64,000 bases of DNA. Source: an uncultured Clostridia bacterium. GTDB lineage: Bacteria; Bacillota; Clostridia; Peptostreptococcales; Anaerovoracaceae. Below, piece by piece: positions 1-8,776 of the stretch. Below the pieces are notes generated by a model. The model was not told the DNA's origin. It worked only from the letters and a program-made list of their open reading frames with translations, and did no database searches. Each line of letters starts with the position of its first letter. The stretch's first letter is position 1. Location of the stretch: positions 1-64,000 of the forward strand of contig CAKQMV010000008.1 of NCBI GenBank assembly GCA_934255135.1, in the 5' to 3' direction. A program made the translations under genes and the position numbers.

Positions 1-504
1 CGAATTTCCAAGCTGTAGCCCGCACACCGCGGGCTGTATTAACGAATTCTCAAGCTGTAGCCCGCACACCGCGGGCTTTATCATCGAGTTTCTAAGCTGT
101 AGCCCGTACACCGCGGGCTTAATCATCGAATTTCTAAGCTGTAGCCCGCACACCGCGGGCTTAATCATCGAATTTCCAAGCTGTAGCCCGCACACCGCGG
201 GCTGTATTAACGAATTCTCAAGCTGTAGCCCGCACACCGCGGGCTGTATTAACGAATTCTCAAGCTGTAGCCCGCACACCGCGGGCTTAATCATCGAATT
301 TCCAAGCTGTAGCCCGCACACCGCGGGCTTTATCAACGAATTATCAAGTTGTAGCCCGCACACCGCGGGCTGTATTAACGAATTCTCAAGCTGTAGCCCG
401 CACACCGCGGGCTTTATCAACGAATTATCAAGTTGTAGCCCGCACATCGCGGGCTTTATCATCGAATTCTCAAGTTATAGGCCGACATCGTCGGGTTAAA
501 TTGC
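1..504. repeat. 42-bp tandem repeat array of 12 units, each carrying a short GC hairpin; truncated by the window edge
   Basis: Units start at 1, 43, 85 ... 463 and run head-to-tail with no unique spacers. The core hairpin is AGCCCGC-ACACC-GCGGGCT. Flanks vary among a few alleles (gtattaa / ttatcat / taatcat / ttatcaa). The last unit (463-504) is degenerate but keeps a CCGAC-ATC-GTCGG hairpin. Confidence 0.9.
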
Positions 505-614
505 CATTTTCATATAAATAGCCCGGAGGCACTAAGAATGACCTCCGGCTTCCGCTCCTACATATTCAAGCAGTTGCAAGCTGAATGCTTTTATTTTTTT
601 TAATACTGCATGCA

Positions 615-713
615 GCGCGCTACTTTGCTTTCGTTCGCAACGCGTTTTACCGATCACTGCGCGCTACTTTGCTCTCGATCGCAATGCGCCACTTCGCTCT
701 TGTTCGCGGCGCG
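615..713. repeat. GC-rich degenerate triple repeat (about 30-nt core)
   Basis: gcgcgctactttgctttcgttcgcaacgcg (615-644), gcgcgctactttgctctcgatcgcaatgcg (659-688) and ccacttcgctcttgttcgcggcgcg (689-713). The repeat sits just downstream of the stop of the minus-strand MATE gene. Confidence 0.6.
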
Positions 714-759
714 CTTTTAAGTTTTCACACTATTGATATTTAATCCCTTGCTGTGATCC

Positions 760-2127
760 CTACGCTGCCACTGCTTCGCTATCTCCACATTTAGGCAGCT
801 TCTTCATCTGCTTAAGCAGCGTTATAATGAAGATCACCGAACTGCTTGCCCATGTGATCGGGTAAGCAAGTGCGAGCAGTACGAATGTATGGCTTATGTG
901 GAGCGCTATTGTTGTGTAAGCCACACGGAGTATGCACCATGTGCTGAGGAATGTCACCATTGAGTACATTGCTTTCTCCATTCCGAGCATTATTCCGCTA
1001 GTTGCGTGTGTGAATGCAAGCAGAAAGTAGAATATTGTTACAGTTCTTGCGTAAGTCACTCCGTATGCGATGGAGTCAGGAGTTTTGGTGAACAGGCTGA
1101 TACATTGAGGAGCCCAGATATAGATTACCGCTCCGATTACCTGAGCAATAATGATACTTGATATAATGCTGTACTTTACGCCCTTTCTTATACGCTGATA
1201 GTTTCCGGCGCCTCGGTTCTGGCTGACCATGGTCGAAAGTGCCATTGAAATTGAGAGGATCGGGATGAATACAAATCCTTCAATCTTGATATGTGCACCC
1301 TGACCAGACATTGCGTATTCGCCAAAAGAATTAATATATGTCTGAATAACTACATTTCCGATGCTGAGAGCAGAATTCTGGATTCCAGACGGAAGACCCT
1401 GAAGTATAATCTGTTTTAGGATTTTGCCATTGAACGGAGAACCCTTGAGATTGATTCTGAAAAGGCCTCCTTTTCGCTGCATTCTTAAGTAGCAAAGAAC
1501 CGCCGCAACGCCCTGCGCAATTACAGTTGCAAAAGCAGCTCCGAACGTTCCCTGATGCAGAACTGCTACGAAGAACAGGTCGAGCACGATATTCAGAACT
1601 GACGAAACCAGAAGGAGTATAAGCGGCATCATGCTGTCTCCGAGCGCTCTCATGATTGCAATCAGAAGGTTGTACATGATGATAGTCGAAATTCCCATGC
1701 AGTAAACACGGAAATATGTGATGGCCTCAGGCTGAACGCTAGTAGGAGTGTCCATCCAGATGATGATTTTAGGTGCAAGCAGGGTGGTGATGATTGTAAC
1801 CACGATACTTGTGATGATTCCTAGAAAGAATGTGTTCTGAATCGCTTTGGAAACTCCTTCCTCATTATTCGCACCATAGAATCTCGAAATTACAACGCCG
1901 GCGCCGTTCGACAGACCCATGAAAAATCCCACGATAAGAAAACACAGGTTTCCGCACGAAGATACTGCCGCAAATGATGCATTATCCGCGAAGTTACCGA
2001 TGATAAGCGAGTCGGCGATGTTGTAAAGCTGCTGAAGGAGCTGGCCAAAAAGTAGGGGCATCAGGAAAGAGATAAACCCGCGGGCCAGTGAGCCTGTTGT
2101 AAGTGTGTTGATGTTGTCTTTCTTCAT
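760..2127 (-). CDS. MATE family efflux transporter
   Basis: 455 aa and polytopic. The N-terminal pattern (LMPLLFGQLLQQLYNIADSLIIGNF) and the 12-TM layout are typical of MATE/NorM-like proteins. Confidence 0.85.
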   Translation of the reverse strand: MKKDNINTLTTGSLARGFISFLMPLLFGQLLQQLYNIADSLIIGNFADNASFAAVSSCGNLCFLIVGFFMGLSNGAGVVISRFYGANNEEGVSKAIQNTFFLGIITSIVVTIITTLLAPKIIIWMDTPTSVQPEAITYFRVYCMGISTIIMYNLLIAIMRALGDSMMPLILLLVSSVLNIVLDLFFVAVLHQGTFGAAFATVIAQGVAAVLCYLRMQRKGGLFRINLKGSPFNGKILKQIILQGLPSGIQNSALSIGNVVIQTYINSFGEYAMSGQGAHIKIEGFVFIPILSISMALSTMVSQNRGAGNYQRIRKGVKYSIISSIIIAQVIGAVIYIWAPQCISLFTKTPDSIAYGVTYARTVTIFYFLLAFTHATSGIMLGMEKAMYSMVTFLSTWCILRVAYTTIALHISHTFVLLALAYPITWASSSVIFIITLLKQMKKLPKCGDSEAVAA

Positions 2128-2254
2128 TTTTATATAAATAATCCTTAAAATTACATGTCTATACCTAACCTTATAATTATAACGCGTTTTAGACTGGAGT
2201 TTAAGAGCTTGAGAGACAATATTTTTGCACCAGATAATAACTCAATATAGTGAG

Positions 2255-2282
2255 TTGAAAAAATTACATATTAGAGTATAAT
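2255..2282 (+). promoter_or_regulatory. Sigma70-like promoter of the thi operon
   Basis: TTGAAA (2255-2260), a 16-nt spacer, then TATAAT (2277-2282), immediately upstream of the riboswitch. Confidence 0.55.
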
Positions 2283-2295
2283 TATGTTAACAATT

Positions 2296-2392
2296 AAACA
2301 CAGGGGAGCTTGTGAGGCAGGCTGAGAGGAAGTACTCGAACTTCGACCCGATAACCTGATTTGGATAATGCCAACGTAGGGAGCTGCTTATG
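2296..2392 (+). promoter_or_regulatory. TPP (THI-box) riboswitch
   Basis: Carries the hallmark elements ggggagc...ggctgagagg...gacccgataacctgatttggataatgccaacgtaggga. It lies directly upstream of thiS and is followed by an intrinsic terminator. Confidence 0.9.
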
Positions 2393-2398
2393 ACATAC

Positions 2399-2436
2399 AC
2401 GGGGAATTTCCAAGTCGGGAATTTCCCGTTTTTTAT
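2399..2436 (+). terminator. Intrinsic terminator (riboswitch expression platform)
   Basis: acggggaatttcc-aagtc-gggaatttcccgt forms a 13-bp stem and is followed by TTTTTTATT. Confidence 0.8.
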
Positions 2437-2460
2437 TGTGTAACGGGTTTTAGGAGGTTA

Positions 2461-2658
2461 ATGATGGTAAAGGTTAATGGTTCTGAGCTTGATATCGCAG
2501 GACTTTCCGTTAAGGAATATCTTGATAGCACAAGCTACAACCCTGCAAGGGTTGCAGTTGAGCTTAACGGCGATATCGTGTTCAAGTCTCAATATGATAC
2601 CGTTCTCCTTAAGGATGATGACAGCATGGAAGTTGTCAGCTTCGTAGGAGGTGGCTAG
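2461..2658 (+). CDS. thiS: Sulfur carrier protein ThiS
   Basis: 65 aa ending in the GG C-terminus (VSFVGGG). It is the first gene after the TPP riboswitch. The start could be the ATG at 2464. Confidence 0.9.
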   Translation: MMVKVNGSELDIAGLSVKEYLDSTSYNPARVAVELNGDIVFKSQYDTVLLKDDDSMEVVSFVGGG

Positions 2659-3294
2659 ATGATTCCGACGCGTGAAGAATGGACCGCTGCGCTTAATGAG
2701 CGTCACGGCACGGAGCTTCAGAAGAAGTTCGATGCGGCAACCATTACTGTATGCGGACTTGGAGGACTCGGCTCGAATATAGCAATATCCCTTGCGAGAG
2801 CGGGAATCGGCAGACTGATACTGATTGATTTTGACCGCGTGGACATAACAAACCTCCACAGACAGCAGTACAGAGCAGATCAGATCGGGTTATATAAGAC
2901 CGATGCACTTTCAGAAATTCTTAAGGGGATTGCACCATATATCGAGATAGAGACACATACGGTCAGACTTACGGATGAGAACTCGGCGGAGATTCTTAAG
3001 GGCGCTGACATCGTGTGCGAAGCTTTTGACAGTCCGGATGCGAAGGCGATGCTTGTGGATGTCGTGCTCGAGAGGCTTCCTGGGGCGTACATTGTTGCGG
3101 GTTCTGGAATGGCTGGCATGGCGACTCCGAATTCGATCGTCACAAGACGTCTGACAGAGAGATTCTATCTTTCGGGGGATGGCGTGAGTGATGTGAATGA
3201 CGACATCGGACTTGTCGCACCGAGGGTCATGCTGTGCGCGGCGCATCAGGCACATACGGCGTTAAGAATTCTTGCAGGAGAATATAACGTATAG
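2659..3294 (+). CDS. thiF: ThiS adenylyltransferase ThiF (short ThiF-family form)
   Basis: 211 aa with the Rossmann motif VCGLGGLGSNIA, in thi operon context. Confidence 0.85.
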   Translation: MIPTREEWTAALNERHGTELQKKFDAATITVCGLGGLGSNIAISLARAGIGRLILIDFDRVDITNLHRQQYRADQIGLYKTDALSEILKGIAPYIEIETHTVRLTDENSAEILKGADIVCEAFDSPDAKAMLVDVVLERLPGAYIVAGSGMAGMATPNSIVTRRLTERFYLSGDGVSDVNDDIGLVAPRVMLCAAHQAHTALRILAGEYNV

Positions 3295-3318
3295 GGTAGT
3301 TATAGAAAGGTTAAAGAA

Positions 3319-4089
3319 ATGAATAATGACAAGCTTGTTATAGGTGGACACGAATTTGATTCAAGATTCATTCTAGGTTCGGGTAAGTACTCGATGAAGC
3401 TGATTGAGTCAGCTATTAAGGATGCGGGCGCTGAGATTATTACGCTTGCAGTAAGAAGAGCTAACACTAAGGATGAGGAGAATATTCTCGACTACATTCC
3501 TGAGGGCGTTACACTTCTTCCTAACACATCAGGTGCTAGAAATGCAGACGAGGCAGTAAGAATTGCGCGTCTTGCAAGAGAGCTTGGATGCGGTGATTTT
3601 GTAAAGGTTGAGATTATGAGAGATGCGAAGTATCTTCTCCCTGACAACCAGGAGACTATCAAGGCAACAGAGATTCTCGCTAACGAGGGTTTTGTGGTAA
3701 TGCCTTACATGTATCCGGATCTTAACGCTGCAAGAGATATGGCTAATGCAGGTGCTGCTACAATTATGCCGCTTGCTTCACCAATCGGTTCAAACAAGGG
3801 TCTTGCAACTAAGGCGTTTATCCAGATTCTGATCGATGAGATTGATCTTCCAATCATCGTCGATGCCGGAATCGGCAAGCCTTCACAGGCGTGCGAAGCA
3901 ATGGAGATGGGTGCAGCTGCAATCATGGCTAACACTGCTCTTGCAACTGCAGGCGACCTTCCAATGATGGCTCAGGCATTTCGTCAGGCTATCGAGGCAG
4001 GACGTAAGGCTTATCTTTCAGGACTCGGTCGTGTGCTCACAAGAGGTGCTTCAGCATCAGATCCTCTTACAGGCTTCCTAAGAGACTAG
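3319..4089 (+). CDS. thiG: Thiazole synthase ThiG
   Basis: 256 aa with typical ThiG sequence (LPNTSGA..., [12 protein letters not shown]). Confidence 0.92.
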   Translation: MNNDKLVIGGHEFDSRFILGSGKYSMKLIESAIKDAGAEIITLAVRRANTKDEENILDYIPEGVTLLPNTSGARNADEAVRIARLARELGCGDFVKVEIMRDAKYLLPDNQETIKATEILANEGFVVMPYMYPDLNAARDMANAGAATIMPLASPIGSNKGLATKAFIQILIDEIDLPIIVDAGIGKPSQACEAMEMGAAAIMANTALATAGDLPMMAQAFRQAIEAGRKAYLSGLGRVLTRGASASDPLTGFLRD

Positions 4090-4099
4090 GAGGTGCAGG

Positions 4100-5350
4100 A
4101 TGGATAATCAGTATTTTGTAGATTCTGATGCACTGTCACCAGAGGCTCTTAAGCGTAAGCATGAGCTTGAGAATGATCCTTCAAGCAGAAGGAATCATAT
4201 GGAATATATGGAAGGAATGGAGGTACTCGATTCAGATATCTGCGAGAAGGTAATGTCGCAGATGAAGAGCTACGACTATTCCAAGTACACAGCTAAGGAT
4301 GTTCGTGCGGCTCTTAACCACGACACTTGTACGGTTGAGGACTTCAAGGCACTTCTGTCACCTGCGGCTCTACCATTCCTTGAGGAGATGGCGGAGAAGG
4401 CACGAATTGAGACAGGAAAGCATTTTGGCAATACAGTATACGTTTTCACGCCACTTTACATTGCGAACTACTGTGAGAACTACTGCGTATACTGCGGTTT
4501 CAACTGCTACAACAATATTCAGCGCATGAAGCTTTCAATGGAGCAGATTGAGCACGAGATGAAGGTTATCGCGGACAGTGGAATGGAGGAGATTCTCATT
4601 CTTACTGGAGAGAGCAGAGGCGCAAGCGATGTGAAGTATATCGGTGAGGCCTGCAAGCTTGCACGCAAGTACTTCCGTATGGTAGGTATCGAGATTTATC
4701 CTGTAAACACAGACGAGTACAAGTACCTTCATGAGTGCGGAGTTGACTATGTAACTGTTTTCCAGGAGACTTACGATTCTGACAGATACGAGCAGCTTCA
4801 CCTCGCAGGTCACAAGAGAGTATGGCCATACAGATTTGACGCTCAGGAGAGAGCTCTTCGCGGCGGAATGAGAGGAGTTGCTTTCTCAGCACTTCTTGGA
4901 CTTTCAGACTTCAGAAAGGATGCTCTGGCAAGCGCACTTCACGTGTACTATCTCCAGAGAAAATATCCTCACGCTGAGATGTCGCTTTCATGCCCAAGAC
5001 TCAGACCTATCATCAACAACGATAAGATTAATCCGCTCGATGTTGGTGAGAAGCAGCTCTGTCAGGTGCTCTGCGCATACAGAATCTTCCTGCCTTTTGT
5101 AGGAATCACTGTTTCATCTAGAGAGAGCGCTGAGTTCAGAAACGGAATCGTAAAGATTGCTGCAACTAAGGTTTCAGCAGGTGTTTCAACAGGAATCGGT
5201 GATCACGAGAAGAAGTATAACGGTGCTGATGATCAGGAGACTGGTGATGAGCAGTTCGAGATTGATGATGGCAGAAGCTTCTCAGAGATGTACGACGATA
5301 TGTCTGACGAGGGTCTTCAGCCGGTTCTTAACGACTACGTATATTTATAA
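4100..5350 (+). CDS. thiH: 2-iminoacetate synthase ThiH (radical SAM tyrosine lyase)
   Basis: 416 aa with the CxxxCxxC motif (CENYCVYCGF) and a strong RBS (AGGAGG). It has no C-terminal Cys-rich HydG-type domain. It sits in the thi operon. Confidence 0.88.
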   Translation: MDNQYFVDSDALSPEALKRKHELENDPSSRRNHMEYMEGMEVLDSDICEKVMSQMKSYDYSKYTAKDVRAALNHDTCTVEDFKALLSPAALPFLEEMAEKARIETGKHFGNTVYVFTPLYIANYCENYCVYCGFNCYNNIQRMKLSMEQIEHEMKVIADSGMEEILILTGESRGASDVKYIGEACKLARKYFRMVGIEIYPVNTDEYKYLHECGVDYVTVFQETYDSDRYEQLHLAGHKRVWPYRFDAQERALRGGMRGVAFSALLGLSDFRKDALASALHVYYLQRKYPHAEMSLSCPRLRPIINNDKINPLDVGEKQLCQVLCAYRIFLPFVGITVSSRESAEFRNGIVKIAATKVSAGVSTGIGDHEKKYNGADDQETGDEQFEIDDGRSFSEMYDDMSDEGLQPVLNDYVYL

Positions 5351-5365
5351 AGGAGCACTTGATTA

Positions 5366-6004
5366 ATGAGAGATTTTGATCCAAGTCTATATTTCATAAC
5401 AGACAGTACAGGTCTTGACGAAGATGTTTTTCTCGGCAAAGTTGAACAGGCTCTCAAGGGTGGAGTTACACTTATGCAGCTTCGTGAGAAGAAGCGCACA
5501 ACAAGAGAGTATATCGACCTTGCTGTAAAGGTTCACGACCTCACTAAGAAGTACAATGTTCCTCTGATTATTGACGACAGAGTTGATGTTGCACTCGCAG
5601 CTGATGCAGAGGGTGTACACGTTGGAGCAGAGGATATGCCTGTAAGCCTGGCTCGTAAGATCATGGGTGAAGACAAGATTGTCGGAGCTACAGCTAAGAC
5701 TGTGCCATGGGCAACTGATGCATTCAATCAGGGTGCTGACTACCTCGGAGTCGGAGCAATCTATCCGACAACAACTAAGGTTAAGACAGTTCTTACATCA
5801 ACAGAGACTCTTGCCGACATCTGCGAGGCTGTAGATATCCCGGTCAACGCGATCGGCGGTCTTAACAAAGACAATATTGATGTTCTTACAGGAATTCCAC
5901 TCGCTGGTATCTGCGTGGTATCAGCAATTATGAAGGCTGATGATCCTGAGGCTGCTGCAGCCGAGCTTAAAGCTAAGGCAGTAGAGCTTGGAATCATCAA
6001 GTAG
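5366..6004 (+). CDS. thiE: Thiamine-phosphate synthase ThiE
   Basis: 212 aa with ThiE-like sequence (LYFITD..., GADYLGVGAIYPT). Confidence 0.9.
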   Translation: MRDFDPSLYFITDSTGLDEDVFLGKVEQALKGGVTLMQLREKKRTTREYIDLAVKVHDLTKKYNVPLIIDDRVDVALAADAEGVHVGAEDMPVSLARKIMGEDKIVGATAKTVPWATDAFNQGADYLGVGAIYPTTTKVKTVLTSTETLADICEAVDIPVNAIGGLNKDNIDVLTGIPLAGICVVSAIMKADDPEAAAAELKAKAVELGIIK

Positions 6005-6026
6005 GAAATTCTCAGGAGAACAGACA

Positions 6027-6848
6027 ATGAAGAATCAAATGAACACGGCGCTTACAATCGCAGGAAGTGATTCAAGCGGTGGAGCCGGAATACAGGCGGA
6101 TATCAAGACGATGACCATGAACGGGGTCTATGCGATGAGTGCGATTACAGCTCTTACCGCACAGAACACTACAGGCGTCAGAGCCATCATGGAAGCATCG
6201 CCGGAGTTTCTCCGCCAGCAGATAGATGCAGTGTTCGAGGATATTTATCCAGATGCCGTTAAGATTGGAATGGTTTCATCAAGTGAGCTTATCGAAGTTA
6301 TCGCCGAGAGATTATCATTCTATTCGGCCAAAAGCATCGTCGTCGATCCCGTAATGGTCGCAACGTCAGGTTCTTCTCTTATGAAGAGCGATGCCGTGAA
6401 GTCGATGACGGAGAAGCTGCTGCCACTCGCGACGCTCGTTACTCCTAACATTCCTGAAGCTGAAGTGCTTTCAGATATGAAGATTGAGAACAGGGAAGAC
6501 ATGATTACAGCTGCAAAGGTGATAGGTGATACATATCACTGTCCTGTACTTATCAAGGGGGGACACAGTATAAACGATGCGAGTGACCTTCTGTATCGAG
6601 ATGGCGAATACAGATGGTTCGAAGGCACACGTATCGACAATCCGAACACACACGGAACAGGTTGCACCCTATCGAGTGCAATCGCTGCCAATCTGGCCAA
6701 AGGCTTCACGCTTGACCAGGCGGTACAGAGATCGAAGGATTATATTTCCGGAGCGCTAGAGAGCATGCTCGACCTCGGGAAGGGCAGCGGGCCACTTAAA
6801 CATAATTTTGGCCTTGAAGGCGAATGGGCGCGAAATATAAATGAATAA
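6027..6848 (+). CDS. thiD: Hydroxymethylpyrimidine/phosphomethylpyrimidine kinase ThiD
   Basis: The N-terminus ALTIAGSDSSGGAGIQADIKT is typical of ThiD. I chose the ATG at 6027 (RBS AGGAGA) over the 5988 ORF start, which would overlap thiE. Confidence 0.88.
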   Translation: MKNQMNTALTIAGSDSSGGAGIQADIKTMTMNGVYAMSAITALTAQNTTGVRAIMEASPEFLRQQIDAVFEDIYPDAVKIGMVSSSELIEVIAERLSFYSAKSIVVDPVMVATSGSSLMKSDAVKSMTEKLLPLATLVTPNIPEAEVLSDMKIENREDMITAAKVIGDTYHCPVLIKGGHSINDASDLLYRDGEYRWFEGTRIDNPNTHGTGCTLSSAIAANLAKGFTLDQAVQRSKDYISGALESMLDLGKGSGPLKHNFGLEGEWARNINE

Positions 6849-6883
6849 ATAAACACTACACATAAGGAAAGGATTATTTCAAA

Positions 6884-8188
6884 ATGAGAAACTATACGAC
6901 ACAGATGGATGCCGCACGTAAGGGAATTATCACTCCAGAAATGAAGGCTGTTGCCAAGAAGGAGTACAGAACTGAGGAGGAGATCAGAGATCTAGTAGCT
7001 AGAGGTCAGGTTGCAATCTGCGCTAACAGACTGCACACTTGCATCGATCCTAATGGTGTTGGTTCAATGCTCCGCACTAAGATTAACGTAAACCTCGGCG
7101 TATCTCGTGACTGTAAGGACTACGATATTGAGATGCAGAAGGTTATGGCTGCAGTAGATATGGGAGCTGAGGCTATTATGGATCTTTCATCACACGGAAA
7201 CACTCAGCCTTTCCGTCAGAAGCTCACTTCAGAGTGTCCTGCAATGATCGGTACTGTTCCTGTTTACGACAGTGTTATCCACTACCAGAGAGACCTTGCT
7301 ACTCTTACTGCTAAGGATTTCATCGATGTTATTCGTCTTCACGCTGAGGACGGAGTTGACTTCGTAACTCTTCACTGCGGAATCACTCGCAAGACTATTG
7401 AGCAGATTAAGAAGCACAAGAGAAAGATGAACATCGTATCAAGAGGTGGTTCACTCGTATTCGCATGGATGAGCATGACTGGTGAGGAGAACCCATTCTA
7501 TGAGTACTACGATGAGATCCTCGACATCTGCCGTGAGTATGACGTAACTATTTCACTTGGTGATGCTTGCCGTCCAGGATGCCTTGCTGACGGAAGTGAC
7601 GTATGCCAGATCGAGGAGCTTGTAAGACTTGGAGAGCTCACTAAACGTGCCTGGGAGAAGGACGTTCAGGTTATGGTAGAGGGTCCTGGCCACATGCCAA
7701 TGGATCAGATTGAGGCTAACATGAAGATGCAGCAGACTATCTGCATGGGAGCTCCTTTCTACGTACTCGGACCTATCGTAACTGATATCGCTCCTGGCTA
7801 CGACCACATCACTTCAGCAATCGGTGGAGCTATCGCTGCTGCAAGCGGTGCTGCATTCCTCTGCTACGTAACTCCTGCAGAGCACCTTGCTCTTCCAGAT
7901 GTTAATGACGTAAAGCAGGGAATCATCGCTTCAAGAATCGCTGCACACGCTGCTGATATCGCTAAGAAGATTCCTCATGCAAGAGACATCGACGACAAGA
8001 TGGCTGACGCAAGAAGAACATTCGACTGGGATACTCAGTGGGAGTGCTCAATCGACCCAGAGACTGCTAAGTCAATCCGTGACAGCAGAGCACCAGAGCA
8101 CGACGACACTTGTTCAATGTGCGGTAAGTTCTGTGCAGTAAGAAGCATGAACAAGGCACTTAACGACGAGTATATTGATATTCTGTAA
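6884..8188 (+). CDS. thiC: Phosphomethylpyrimidine synthase ThiC
   Basis: 434 aa with the C-terminal CSMCGKFC cluster motif and overall ThiC-like sequence. Confidence 0.93.
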   Translation: MRNYTTQMDAARKGIITPEMKAVAKKEYRTEEEIRDLVARGQVAICANRLHTCIDPNGVGSMLRTKINVNLGVSRDCKDYDIEMQKVMAAVDMGAEAIMDLSSHGNTQPFRQKLTSECPAMIGTVPVYDSVIHYQRDLATLTAKDFIDVIRLHAEDGVDFVTLHCGITRKTIEQIKKHKRKMNIVSRGGSLVFAWMSMTGEENPFYEYYDEILDICREYDVTISLGDACRPGCLADGSDVCQIEELVRLGELTKRAWEKDVQVMVEGPGHMPMDQIEANMKMQQTICMGAPFYVLGPIVTDIAPGYDHITSAIGGAIAAASGAAFLCYVTPAEHLALPDVNDVKQGIIASRIAAHAADIAKKIPHARDIDDKMADARRTFDWDTQWECSIDPETAKSIRDSRAPEHDDTCSMCGKFCAVRSMNKALNDEYIDIL

Positions 8189-8205
8189 TTAAATGATTAT
8201 AGGAA

Positions 8206-8236
8206 GGGCCGCTATCTTCGGATAGCGGCCCTTTTG
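8206..8236 (+). terminator. Intrinsic terminator of the thi operon
   Basis: gggccgctatc-ttcg-gatagcggccc forms an 11-bp stem with a tetraloop, followed by TTTT. Confidence 0.8.
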
Positions 8237-8267
8237 GGTACAGGGTTAGAAAGTGATGTAATTGCAT

Positions 8268-8704
8268 GGTAGAGGGGTAAACGGTATAACATCCGGTATA
8301 GGGAACTGCATTTTTTGAATTGTCTCTACCAGGTGGTAGAGACAGAGACACTTCTTGAATTATCTCTACCGAATGGTAGAGAGAGCGCTGCTTTTCGTTA
8401 TCTCTATACCTAGTGATTGATCAAATTTCCATCAATGTGGTATAGAGAAATCAAAAATCTATGACCTATATACCGAAACCACCTATGATTGTATACAATT
8501 CATCGATTCTTATCATATTTATACTTTCTAAACATTAAATCACCGTAAAGAATGGTATAGAGATTTCACAAAACTCCAGTCTCTCTACCAAGTGGTAGAG
8601 AGAAAATGAAAAGAGTCCGTCTCTATACCTGCTGGTATAGAGAATCCACAAATATGACAATTCTCTACCACTTCGCATTGTCATATTTCTGCATTGTCAT
8701 ATTT
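8268..8704. repeat. Cluster of perfect short palindromes, TCTCTA(TA)CC-N4-GG(TA)TAGAGA, with orphan half-sites
   Basis: Palindromes: 8322-8343 GTCTCTACC-AGGT-GGTAGAGAC; 8363-8382 TCTCTACC-GAAT-GGTAGAGA; 8401-8448 TCTCTATACC-N28-GGTATAGAGA; 8580-8603 TCTCTCTACC-AAGT-GGTAGAGAGA; 8620-8643 TCTCTATACC-TGCT-GGTATAGAGA. Half-sites start at 8268, 8283, 8295, 8554 and 8662. There is also an inverted repeat, AAATATGACAAT (8650-8661) with ATTGTCATATTT (8677-8688), and GCATTGTCATATTT occurs twice (8675-8704). Confidence 0.85.
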
Positions 8705-8724
8705 AAGTTCCCTAGAATAAATTG

Positions 8725-8760
8725 AAGAATCATAAAGAGAGGAGCAGCCTGGCTGCTCCT
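8725..8760 (-). terminator. Probable terminator of the minus-strand ABC gene
   Basis: aggagcagc-ctg-gctgctcct forms a 9-bp stem (8740-8760), followed on the minus strand by a U-rich tract. Confidence 0.5.
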
Positions 8761-8776
8761 TCATCAAACATATTAA

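Noticed and set aside
1-504. A CRISPR array, suggested by regular repeats with a palindromic core and a degenerate terminal unit
   Set aside because: The whole 42-bp unit repeats head-to-tail. The variable approximately 18 nt cycle among 3-4 alleles and are not unique spacers. No cas genes or leader are in the window.
568-603. A strong intrinsic terminator after the hairpin array
   Set aside because: The stem is only about 5 bp (AAGCA/TGCTT) before the long T-run. I kept it as a possibility within the array finding, not as a feature.
4100-5350. The missing HydG could be this tyrosine-lyase radical SAM gene
   Set aside because: It sits between thiG and thiE behind the TPP riboswitch. It also ends in an acidic tail with no C-terminal CxxC...C auxiliary-cluster domain, so it is ThiH.
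8322-8704. A CRISPR array or a single MITE
   Set aside because: Spacing is irregular (40, about 52, more than 100, 40 bp). The repeats are self-complementary 20-24-mers with no spacer-like unique segments of uniform length. I could define no terminal inverted repeats or target-site duplication.
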